From: Dehalococcoidia bacterium
GTDB lineage: Bacteria > Chloroflexota > Dehalococcoidia > Lucifugimonadales > CAJWER01
DNA length: 64,000 bases
Reading direction: 5' to 3'
NCBI GenBank assembly: GCA_965204975.1
Contig: OZ242024.1
Location: 1,092,197-1,156,196, forward strand
Positions within the stretch are counted from its first letter, which is position 1. Every line of letters starts with the position of its first letter. This document shows, one piece after another, positions 56,160 through 64,000 of this stretch. Under the pieces are notes generated by a model. It was not told the DNA's origin. It was given only the letters and a program-made list of their open reading frames with translations, and did no database searches. The position numbers and the translations under genes are program-made.

Positions 56160-57098
56160 CTAGAATCGGATTCCGCTGCTGGCCCTGAACTCGGCCACGG
56201 CGTTCCTGATCCGCTCGTAGCCCGCGTGGTCCGTCACCACGTCCTCGGGGCGCTCCACGCTGCGGGCGAGGAAGCCAGGTTCGCGCACCGACTTGACCGG
56301 CCTTCGCCCGTCCTGGTAGCGGATGTCGACGCTCCACCGCACGCCATCGGACATGTTCGGCGGCGACACGTGGGGCACGTGCTGGTGCATCAGCAGCGCG
56401 TCTCCGACGGTCATCGGCACGACCAGGGGATCGAGGTCGTCCAGCTCGGACACGAACTTGCCAGGCTCCCACTGCTGCTCATAAGGTGGCGTGTGATTGT
56501 GCCCGCCGGGCAGTACGTGGAGGCAGCCGTTCTCCTCGTTCACCGGCACCAGCGGAATCCAGAAGTTCGGCTCCGGCATCTGCGGAGCGGCCACGATGCG
56601 TGACATGAACGTCCCGCCGGCGCGGGGATCGGCGGCCCCGAGGCCGTATTGCTGCCGGACGTAGGTGATTCGCTTGGCGGCGTATGCGGTATCCTCGTGC
56701 CAACGGAAGTCGGCTACGCCGTAGTTCGGGAGCTTCGGACGGAGCCGGTGGCGGCCCTCGCAATGCACCTCCGGGCCGACTATGCCCTCGACGATATCCA
56801 GCAACCTGGAGTCGCTCAATATGCCGAACAGCTCGGGTCCCATCAGAACCGACCCGACAACCTCGTCGTACGCCTCCTCGGCGTCTTCGACCACTCGCAT
56901 GAACCTCGTGTCGAAGCCTTCGTCCTCGTAGGTCGATCGGATGCGTTCCTCCGCGTGATACGACGTGGCCACGCGGTCTACCGCCTCGTCGATCTCGTCG
57001 ATCAGCGGCTGAAGCTCGGCTGGCTCGAACAGCCCCTCCAGCAGCACGTAGCCCAAGTCGTCATACTGTTGCTTCTGTTCCGGCGTCAGTCCAGCCAT
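56160..57098 (-). CDS. phytanoyl-CoA dioxygenase (PhyH) family Fe(II)/2-oxoglutarate oxygenase
   Basis: ATG preceded by GGAGG. YDDLGYVLLEGLF, WHEDTAY (H-x-D) and distal His in HQHVPH. Confidence 0.8.
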   Translation of the reverse strand: MAGLTPEQKQQYDDLGYVLLEGLFEPAELQPLIDEIDEAVDRVATSYHAEERIRSTYEDEGFDTRFMRVVEDAEEAYDEVVGSVLMGPELFGILSDSRLLDIVEGIVGPEVHCEGRHRLRPKLPNYGVADFRWHEDTAYAAKRITYVRQQYGLGAADPRAGGTFMSRIVAAPQMPEPNFWIPLVPVNEENGCLHVLPGGHNHTPPYEQQWEPGKFVSELDDLDPLVVPMTVGDALLMHQHVPHVSPPNMSDGVRWSVDIRYQDGRRPVKSVREPGFLARSVERPEDVVTDHAGYERIRNAVAEFRASSGIRF

Positions 57099-57259
57099 CG
57101 ACAATACCTCCGGTTTCGGGCGATGCCGCCGTTCATCTCGCAGGCGACTATCCCTCCCCTGTTCTCGCCCCATCATACTATGACATACTGCCCGCAGCGC
57201 AGAACCGAGTGCCCTCTTGCCGGGCTGCGGACACCTGCCAATGAATGGTACGAGAATCA

Positions 57260-57856
57260 ATGCCGCATGTCTCTGCGATACTGACAGCCGCGGGAGAGTC
57301 GTCCCGGATGGGGCGGCCCAAGGCGCTCCTGCCGTGGCGTGGCATGGCGCTTGTCGCGTACCAGGTGTCCAGCCTGCTGGAAGGGGGCGCGGCAGAAGTC
57401 ATGGTAGTTCTTGGGCACGAGTACGAGACGATCGCCGCACACGTCGTGGGCGATGGCGTGAGATACGTGGTCAACCCGCATTACGCCATGGGCAAAACGA
57501 CGTCGGTCAAGGCGGGACTTCGCGAGCTGGGACCGGAAGTTACGGACGTCATGCTCCTGGCGGTCGACCAGCCCCGCCCGCCGGAGATAGTCGCACGGGT
57601 GCTGGGCTCACACCTGGCAACCGGCGCGCTCGTGACTTCGCCGAGATACCGCGGCCGCGGGGGACACCCGCTGATATTCTCAGCCGCGCTGAGGGATGAG
57701 CTCTCAGCGATCACCGAAGAGGGCCGGGGCGTTCGCGCGGTCTTCAGGGCTCACGCCGCCGATGTGAACGAAACTCAGATCGACGACCCTGTGATACGGC
57801 TCGACCTGAACACGCCGGAGGACTATCGCCTGGCCGCAGCCCGATACGGCACTTGA
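57260..57856 (+). CDS. MobA/MocA-like nucleotidyltransferase (NTP_transf_3)
   Basis: ILTAAGESSRMGRPKALLPW and LLAVDQP motifs. Confidence 0.75.
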   Translation: MPHVSAILTAAGESSRMGRPKALLPWRGMALVAYQVSSLLEGGAAEVMVVLGHEYETIAAHVVGDGVRYVVNPHYAMGKTTSVKAGLRELGPEVTDVMLLAVDQPRPPEIVARVLGSHLATGALVTSPRYRGRGGHPLIFSAALRDELSAITEEGRGVRAVFRAHAADVNETQIDDPVIRLDLNTPEDYRLAAARYGT

Positions 57857-57868
57857 GCCCGGCGGATG

Positions 57869-59809
57869 CTACTCGCGAGGGCCGATGCGGGCGTCGAACC
57901 ACGCCTTCATGCGGCGCAGGTACTCGACGCGCATCTTGGGGTGGCCGCTCCTGAGGAAGGAGTGGCTGCATCCGGGGAACCGGACAAGCTCGACTTCCTT
58001 GCCTAGCCGCTTGAGGGAGACGAACATCTCCTCGCTCTGGCCTATTGGGCACCTGTGGTCGTCCTCGCCGTGGAGCAGCAGGACGGGCGTCTTCACTTTG
58101 GTGGCGTACGTCAGTGGGGAGCGCTCGACAAAGGTGTCGAAGCTGCCAGCCAAAGTCCCGCCCCACTGGGGCTCCCCGAAGCTCACTCCGATGTCGGACG
58201 TGCCATACATGCTCACGAAATTGACGACCGGCGCGCCCACCACGGCGGCGCGGAACCGGTCGGTGTGGCCGACTGCCCACGAGCCCATGAAGCCGCCGTA
58301 GCTATAGCCGTGTACGCCCAGCCGCGTTTCGTCGACGAAGCCGCGTGCGCAGACATCGTCGAGCGCGGCCATGATGTCCAAGTAGTCCTCGCCGCCCCAG
58401 TCCTCGATCACTGCTTTCGCGAAGTCCAGGCCATAGGTGGTCGAGCCCCTGGGATTGACGGCGAGCACCAGGTAGCCGGCCGTCGCCAGCACGTGGTGGG
58501 TGGAGTCGAACGAGTCCTGGAATCTCCCGTGGGGACCGCCGTGAATGTCGACGATGAGCGGGTGGCGCCGGGACTCGTCGAAGTCCGGGGGGACGATCAG
58601 CCTCGACTCGATCTCCATCCCTTCTCGCCTGATGGTCGACTTGCTCATGACTCCCGGCGGGTGATCGGCGAAATACGCGTCGTTCGAGCACGTGAGCCGG
58701 CGCTGGGCGCCGTCACCCAGGTCCACGATGTACAGGTCGCCGGCAGTATCGGGAGGCGTCGAGCGCACCACGGCCGACCGGGCCGCCGCGTCCAGGGTGA
58801 GCGATATGGACTGAGCGCCGCCGCCGGCCAGCGGCCGCAGCGGCCCGCCGCTCGCATCGATCTCGCACACGAAGGACTCCCCGCGATGGTCGGCCAGGAA
58901 GACGATCCTGTCGTCGGCGGTCCACCTGAGCTCGGGCGCGGGCAGCACCGGCGAATAGTCGCCATCGGTCAGCTTGCGGGCGCCGTCTCGTTCCGCCACG
59001 AAGAGGAAGGACTGCCTCGGGTCACCGAGCACAGGGTCGTCCGTGCCCACTATGGCCAGCCTCTCGCCGCCGGGCGACCATGCGACGGCCCCGGACAGCG
59101 GGTTCTGGCTGAAGCAGGAGACATCCGGCGCCCATCGCTGCGGCTCGCCCCCTTTGGAAGGAACGACAAAGACCCCCGACTGCCATGACACGTCGCGGCC
59201 CTCGACAGCGTCGGACACGTAGGCTATGCGCGTACCGTCGGGAGACCAGGTGGGCGCGGCGTGATCCCCTTCCGCAGACGTGAGCTGCCGTACGTCTCCA
59301 GAATCAACGTCCACGACGAAGACGTGGCGGAATGCGTCGCCGCGCCAGCCTCCTGCGTCGGTCCGGTAGCGTATGCGCCGCACGACCTTCACCTCGGGGC
59401 CGGGTCCGGCGGCGTCACCCTCCGGCTTGACGTCTGAGACGAACGCAATTCGGCCCCCGTCCGGCGACCACGCGAGGTCCCCTACCCCGCCCTCGACGTC
59501 CGTAACACGCCGGGCCTCGCCGAAGTCGAGGGGGATGACCCAGAGCTGCTTTCGCCCGCGCTCGTCGGGTCTGACGAAGGCGATCTGGCTTCCGTCGGGC
59601 GAGAATCTAGGCACGGTGTCGGAGTCACCCTGGGTTAGTGCCCGGTGCTCCCCGTCCGGCAACGCGGCCAGCATGAGCTGCGACCGCTCCTTCATCGACT
59701 TGCGGTAGATCTCTGCCCTGGAATATGCCAGCCATGCGCCGTCCGGCGAGATCGAAGGCTCGCCCACCCTGGCAAGCTCGTAGACGTGGTCAGGCTCGAT
59801 TGGTCTCAC
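57869..59809 (-). CDS. S9 family serine peptidase (acylaminoacyl-peptidase/prolyl oligopeptidase-like) with N-terminal beta-propeller
   Basis: Repeated SPDG propeller motifs. Catalytic GYSYGGF. C-terminal LLLHGEDDHRCP and a His region. Confidence 0.9.
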   Translation of the reverse strand: MRPIEPDHVYELARVGEPSISPDGAWLAYSRAEIYRKSMKERSQLMLAALPDGEHRALTQGDSDTVPRFSPDGSQIAFVRPDERGRKQLWVIPLDFGEARRVTDVEGGVGDLAWSPDGGRIAFVSDVKPEGDAAGPGPEVKVVRRIRYRTDAGGWRGDAFRHVFVVDVDSGDVRQLTSAEGDHAAPTWSPDGTRIAYVSDAVEGRDVSWQSGVFVVPSKGGEPQRWAPDVSCFSQNPLSGAVAWSPGGERLAIVGTDDPVLGDPRQSFLFVAERDGARKLTDGDYSPVLPAPELRWTADDRIVFLADHRGESFVCEIDASGGPLRPLAGGGAQSISLTLDAAARSAVVRSTPPDTAGDLYIVDLGDGAQRRLTCSNDAYFADHPPGVMSKSTIRREGMEIESRLIVPPDFDESRRHPLIVDIHGGPHGRFQDSFDSTHHVLATAGYLVLAVNPRGSTTYGLDFAKAVIEDWGGEDYLDIMAALDDVCARGFVDETRLGVHGYSYGGFMGSWAVGHTDRFRAAVVGAPVVNFVSMYGTSDIGVSFGEPQWGGTLAGSFDTFVERSPLTYATKVKTPVLLLHGEDDHRCPIGQSEEMFVSLKRLGKEVELVRFPGCSHSFLRSGHPKMRVEYLRRMKAWFDARIGPRE

Positions 59810-59858
59810 TGCAGACTCCTACCGGACCGTCGCACGGCCCTCTCGTCACTATGTCGAT

Positions 59859-61265
59859 CTATCGTACTTCATCCAGGGCGGGATGCCGCTCGTGCCAGGT
59901 CGTGAGCGACTGGTAAAGGCGGGCGGCGGCCAGAATGCGGTTTTCGTCGTACGCTCGTCCCAGGAACTGGATTCCGGTGGGCATTCCGTCATCGGTGAAG
60001 CCGTCGGGCACCGTGATCGCGGGCAGTCCGGCAACAACGCCGATGGCCGAAACAGGCGGCGCGTCCCCGCCGCTGCCGCGCCGGCTCTTGTCGAAGGCCT
60101 TGTCCACCGATGGGGCCGCACCGGACGCGGGAGCGACCATGGCGTCATAGGGAGCCAGGACCGAATCGATCTCCTTCGCTATCCTACCCCGGAGCCTCTG
60201 CGCCTTCAGGAATTCGGTCGCCAGGATGGCTCTCCCCGAGTATGGACCGAACAGCCCCGATCGGTCGGTCAGCTCCGAGGCCTTTCCGTCATCGACGAAG
60301 TCCTCCAGGGCACTGGCCGACTCGGCCGCCTGGATGACGAAAGCGACCGGCTCGTAGGGGTAGTCCGGCAGCGCAATCTCGGTTAAGTCAGCCATTCCTT
60401 CCAGAGCCGACAGCGCCGCTTCAAAGTTGGCGCGGTCGTCGTCATCACAATCTGCCGCCGCGTCCTCCGGCACGGCGAGCCTCATGCGGTCTGCGGGAAG
60501 GCAGGGGCCGTCGTACCGATATCCCCTGTTCGTAGTGGTGGAGTCGAGTGGGTCGAGCCCGGCGATCGCGTCGAGCACGATGCCGCAGTCGTCGGCAGTG
60601 AGGCAGAGCGGGCCCAGCTTGTCCAGGCTCCACGAGAGCGCCATTCCGCCGTGCCTGCTGACCCTGCCGTAGGTCGGCCTCAGCCCGGCGAGGCCGCACA
60701 ACGACCCTGGCACGAGTATCGAGCCCCACGTTTCCGATCCTATGGCAAAGGGTACAAGGCCAGCAGCAACCGCGGCGGCGGATCCGGACGACGAGCCACC
60801 AGCCCACCGGGTCGTATCCCACGGGTTCAGTCCTGGCCCCGTAAATGACGCGTCGAGACTCTCGTAGCCCATCCCGCCAGCCATCTCCACCATAGCCATC
60901 TTGGCCGCCAGGACAGCACCTGCGTCCCTGAGCTTTCGTATGACAGTGGCGTCGTAGTCGAATACCTGGTCGCGAAGGGGCGCTGCGCCCCATGTGGTTG
61001 GGATGTCCCTGGTGGCAAGCAGGTCCTTGGCCCCATAGGGAATACCGTGCAGGGGCCCACGGTACTCGCCCTTGCCCAGCTCATCGTCGGCGCGACGGGC
61101 CTGCTCCATCGCCAGATCGCGGGTTACCGTGACCGTCGTATTGAATCGCGGCCCGAGCGTCTCCAGCCGCTCCAGAAACGTGTCGGCAAGCTCGACCGAC
61201 GAGACCCGGCGCGTCCTGACGAGCTCTGAGAGCTCCCTTATGGGGCGAAACGCAAGGTCGCTCAA
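59859..61265 (-). CDS. amidase-signature family amidase (AtzE/GatA-like)
   Basis: GGSSSGSAAAVAAG signature. TTG start overlaps the upstream small gene's stop (TTGA). Confidence 0.9.
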   Translation of the reverse strand: MSDLAFRPIRELSELVRTRRVSSVELADTFLERLETLGPRFNTTVTVTRDLAMEQARRADDELGKGEYRGPLHGIPYGAKDLLATRDIPTTWGAAPLRDQVFDYDATVIRKLRDAGAVLAAKMAMVEMAGGMGYESLDASFTGPGLNPWDTTRWAGGSSSGSAAAVAAGLVPFAIGSETWGSILVPGSLCGLAGLRPTYGRVSRHGGMALSWSLDKLGPLCLTADDCGIVLDAIAGLDPLDSTTTNRGYRYDGPCLPADRMRLAVPEDAAADCDDDDRANFEAALSALEGMADLTEIALPDYPYEPVAFVIQAAESASALEDFVDDGKASELTDRSGLFGPYSGRAILATEFLKAQRLRGRIAKEIDSVLAPYDAMVAPASGAAPSVDKAFDKSRRGSGGDAPPVSAIGVVAGLPAITVPDGFTDDGMPTGIQFLGRAYDENRILAAARLYQSLTTWHERHPALDEVR

Positions 61266-61483
61266 TCTTCGCCGGGCTCTTTTCTGTAGGGGACGAAGAC
61301 CGAGAACGGCTCGACGCTGTTCTCCAGCCTGACTGCCTTCAGGCGATTGCCGTTGGCGACTACTCCCTCAATCCGCCGCCTGACATCGCCGAGGGCCGTC
61401 GGCGCTATCAGGTGACCATAGCGCTCCCTGACCAGCGCGAACCGCCTGTCCACCTCAGCCTGATCGATTTCCTGACCACTCAC
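61262..61483 (-). CDS. small GatC/AtzG-like (DUF4089-like) protein, probable amidase partner subunit
   Basis: 73 aa. C-terminal LENSVEPFSVFVP resembles the conserved ..EPAxVFxP end of DUF4089/AtzG proteins. 4-nt overlap with the amidase gene. GTG at 61483 has GGAGG 5 nt upstream. Confidence 0.5.
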   Translation of the reverse strand: MSGQEIDQAEVDRRFALVRERYGHLIAPTALGDVRRRIEGVVANGNRLKAVRLENSVEPFSVFVPYRKEPGED

Positions 61484-61503
61484 GGTCACCTCCAGAGAAC
61501 TGT

Positions 61504-61550
61504 CCTTCGACCCTTCGACAAGCTCATGGGAACCAGGCTCAGGACGAACG
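61504..61550 (+). repeat. dispersed intergenic element, copy 4 (internally duplicated, degenerate)
   Basis: CCTTCGACCCTTCGACAAGCTCATGGGAACCAGGCTCAGGACGAACG contains both halves of the core motif. Confidence 0.5.
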
Positions 61551-61562
61551 CTTTGACTCCCT

Positions 61563-63122
61563 CTAGTCCAAAGGAGCCGCTTCGAACAGCTTCCGCACCT
61601 CGGGCTTGACGACCTTCCCCATCGCGTTCATCGGCAGGGAGTCGACCACGCGCACGACCTGCGGCAGCTTGTACGGGGCGAGCTTGTCCCGGGCCCAGTC
61701 TCGCAGCGACTCCCGGGTAATGTCGTGCCCGTCGGCGGCGACGATTGCGGCGGAGACCGCGTTGCCCCAGTACGCGTCCGGCGTGCCAACGACCGCACAG
61801 GCGCGGACCGACGGGTGGGCTGACAGCACCTGCTCGACCTCCTTGGCGGATACGTTCTCGCCACCGGTGATCACAATGTCCTGGGACGCCCTGCCCCATA
61901 TACGGTAGCCGCCGTCCTCCAGCGACGCGACGTCGCCCGAGCAGAACCAGCCGTCGTCCGAAAACGCCTCGCGCGTAGCGTCCGGCCTGCGCCAGTACTC
62001 CCGGAAGACGCTGGGGCCGCGGACCTGGATCTCGCCAGGCCGACCCGCGACCGTCTCCTCGCCGTGGCGGCGCCGGCCCGTATCTTCGTCTATGTCTAAG
62101 TCGACGAGCCTGATCTCCACGCCGGGCAGCGGCATCCCCACGTGCCCCGGCACGCGCTCGCCGTGAAGGGGGTTGGACAGGGCCATGCCGATCTCGGTCA
62201 TGCCGTACCGCTCGAGGAGCACGTGCCCTGTGATCTCCTTCCACTTCTCGAAGGTGTCGACCATCAGCGCGTCGGAGCCTGAGACCATGAGCCTGAGCCT
62301 GGAAGCTCCGCGCGACAAAGAGCTTCTTCGCGAAGCATCCGAGGACTCCCATTCGCGGATGAGGGCCTTGTAGGTGGTTGGGACGGCCATGTAGAGCGTC
62401 AGCCCGCCTCCGGCCAGCCGCTCCCAGACACGCCCGGGGTCGAACGAGGATTGCAGCTCGCACACCGCGCCAGTCCAGAACGCGCAGGTCATGGCGTTGA
62501 TGATGCCGTGGACGTGGTGGAGCGGCAGCACGTTCAGGATGTGGTCGTCGGGCGCCCAGGCCCAGGCGTCGACCAGCGTCGTGACCTGTGCCTGGATGTT
62601 GGCATGGGTGGTTACGACGCCCTTCGGCCTTCCCGTCGATCCGCTGGTATAGAGGACCATGGCTGCCCTGTCGACGGTTAAGTCCGGCAGGGCCTGTTGG
62701 CCGACCGAATCGTCGAGCAACTCAGTGGTGAGGATGAGCCTCAGCCCGCGCGCCTCTGCGATGGGTCCCAGCCTCTCGGCGAATTTGGGATGGGCAACGA
62801 CCACCGATGCGTCGGCATCGTCCACCGTGTATTCGAGCTCGGTCTGGGGGTGCGAGACGGCGAGCGGGACCGCTATGGCGCCCGCCCGCCAGATGCCCCA
62901 CTGCACGGCCGCGTACTGGAAGCATGGGGGTACGAGAAAGGCGACCCTCGCCTCGTCGAGATCGGGCTTGCCGCCAAGCAGCGCGGAAGCGGCGCGGCTC
63001 GAGGCGCGTAGCAGATCACGGTACGAGTACTCGCCCGTGTCGTCGACAACGGCAGTGCGGTCGCCATGGACCGCTGCGCGTGCGAATAGAGGAATGGCCG
63101 GCTTCTCGCCCACGGGCGACAT
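61563..63122 (-). CDS. AMP-dependent synthetase/ligase (acyl-CoA synthetase, MatB-like size)
   Basis: LYTSGSTGRPKGV AMP-binding motif, GDV..DGGY, and C-terminal NAMGKVVK lysine. Start moved to the ATG (MSPVGEK). Confidence 0.85.
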   Translation of the reverse strand: MSPVGEKPAIPLFARAAVHGDRTAVVDDTGEYSYRDLLRASSRAASALLGGKPDLDEARVAFLVPPCFQYAAVQWGIWRAGAIAVPLAVSHPQTELEYTVDDADASVVVAHPKFAERLGPIAEARGLRLILTTELLDDSVGQQALPDLTVDRAAMVLYTSGSTGRPKGVVTTHANIQAQVTTLVDAWAWAPDDHILNVLPLHHVHGIINAMTCAFWTGAVCELQSSFDPGRVWERLAGGGLTLYMAVPTTYKALIREWESSDASRRSSLSRGASRLRLMVSGSDALMVDTFEKWKEITGHVLLERYGMTEIGMALSNPLHGERVPGHVGMPLPGVEIRLVDLDIDEDTGRRRHGEETVAGRPGEIQVRGPSVFREYWRRPDATREAFSDDGWFCSGDVASLEDGGYRIWGRASQDIVITGGENVSAKEVEQVLSAHPSVRACAVVGTPDAYWGNAVSAAIVAADGHDITRESLRDWARDKLAPYKLPQVVRVVDSLPMNAMGKVVKPEVRKLFEAAPLD

Positions 63123-63177
63123 TCTACCAGACAGCCCCCGCGAGGCTCCCCGCCCAGGAGATTGGTACAATGGGCGC

Positions 63178-64000
63178 ATGTCACTCGACCAAGTGTTTTC
63201 CGCCGCGCAGACCCACATGAGGGGCAGCGGGACCGACGGCTGGCTCCTCTACGACTACCGCGGAGTGAACCCGATCTTCTGGGAGACGGTGGGCACTGTC
63301 CCGCACGTCACCCGCCCCTGCTGGCTGTGGATTCCCGTAGAGGGCGAGCCGAGACTACTCGTGGCGTACGTCGACCAGGGGAGGTTCCGCCATCTTGGCG
63401 TGGCAACGACGCTCTACTCCGGGCGCGAGGAGATGGTAGCCCGCCTGGAAGCCCTGATCGCCGGGTCCCGCCAGGTGGCGATGGAGTATTCGCCGGCGGC
63501 GGAGCTTCCCCGCATCTCCAGGGTTGACGCGGGCACCGTGGAGCTTGTTCGCGGCCTGGGCGTCGACGTCGTATCGTCCGCAGACACCGTGCAGTACGCG
63601 GCACAGCGCTGGACCGCCGACCAACTCGCCGGCCACCAGACAGCCGCCGACGCCCTGGGCGTCATCGTACGGCAGGCATTCGACCACATCGGCCGCAACG
63701 TCGCACGGGGCATCACGGAGTTCGAGGTGGCCGAGTTCATCAACGCCCGGTTCGTCGAGGAGGGGCTGGTGGTCACCGACGGCCCGGTCGTCGCGGTCAA
63801 CGAGCACTCTTCCGACCCGCACTTCGAACCCACGCCGGAAGTCACGTCCGTGATCCGTCCGGGCGACTGGGTGCTGATCGACCTGTGGAGCCGCCTGCCT
63901 GGGCCGGACTCGATGTTCGCCGACATCACCTGGACTGCCTTCGTTGGCGATACAGTGCCGGAGCGACATCAGCGGGTGTTCGAGGCGGTCATAGGCGCAA
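63178..64000 (+). CDS. M24-family metallopeptidase (Xaa-Pro aminopeptidase/creatinase-like), 3' partial
   Basis: Open frame from the ATG at 63178 to the window end, not in the ORF track because there is no stop. My translation is MSLDQVFSAAQTHMRGSGTDGWLLYDYRGVNPIF...HSSDPHFEPT...DLW...ADITWT, matching the creatinase-N plus the beginning of a pita-bread fold. Confidence 0.65.
   Translation, partial: MSLDQVFSAAQTHMRGSGTDGWLLYDYRGVNPIFWETVGTVPHVTRPCWLWIPVEGEPRLLVAYVDQGRFRHLGVATTLYSGREEMVARLEALIAGSRQVAMEYSPAAELPRISRVDAGTVELVRGLGVDVVSSADTVQYAAQRWTADQLAGHQTAADALGVIVRQAFDHIGRNVARGITEFEVAEFINARFVEEGLVVTDGPVVAVNEHSSDPHFEPTPEVTSVIRPGDWVLIDLWSRLPGPDSMFADITWTAFVGDTVPERHQRVFEAVIGA

Noticed and set aside
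1-64000. CRISPR arrays, rRNA, tmRNA/RNase P/SRP RNA, insertion sequences, prophage genes
   Set aside because: I scanned the intergenic gaps by eye for regularly spaced repeats and for hallmark motifs (GGTTCGAATCC ends, GAGGAAAGTCC, terminal inverted repeats) and found none. Absence by eye is not proof, and covariance-model scans would be needed to be definitive.

Overview
High-GC bacterial chromosomal window (by eye well above 60 % GC), densely coding on both strands. I call about 57 protein genes. I recognised no rRNA, tRNA, CRISPR array, transposase, integrase or phage gene. The content is many Gfo/Idh/MocA, LLM/F420-type, FAD and MDR oxidoreductases, a phytanoyl-CoA dioxygenase, an amidase, an acyl-CoA ligase, several ABC and MFS transporters, three rhomboid proteases and REP-like GC-rich intergenic hairpins. 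I associate this mix with aerobic heterotrophic Chloroflexota (SAR202/Thermomicrobia-like), but that taxonomic guess is inference only. Housekeeping anchors are tig-clpP-clpX, plsY, bcp and ogt. The ORF track translates GTG/TTG starts as M. It also contains many long Arg/Pro/Val-rich alternative-frame and antisense ORFs that I treat as high-GC artefacts, and several real genes needed their starts moved downstream. No classical defence or mobile island is evident. The candidates most worth follow-up are: (1) plsY translationally coupled to a GNAT-like N-acyltransferase::class-V aminotransferase fusion (possible aminolipid module); (2) an NCS2-type permease with a C-terminal RsbW/SpoIIAB-like cytoplasmic module; (3) a nine-gene same-strand block of two ABC ATPase/membrane pairs plus MoxR-DUF58-transglutaminase-Ogt; (4) a CehA/McbA-type metallohydrolase with about 310 unassigned N-terminal residues embedded among three Gfo/Idh/MocA oxidoreductases; (5) a low-GC islet with Shine-Dalgarno-preceded orphan small ORFs; (6) two families of dispersed intergenic repeats. 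All functional assignments come from motif recognition by eye. No database search was run.
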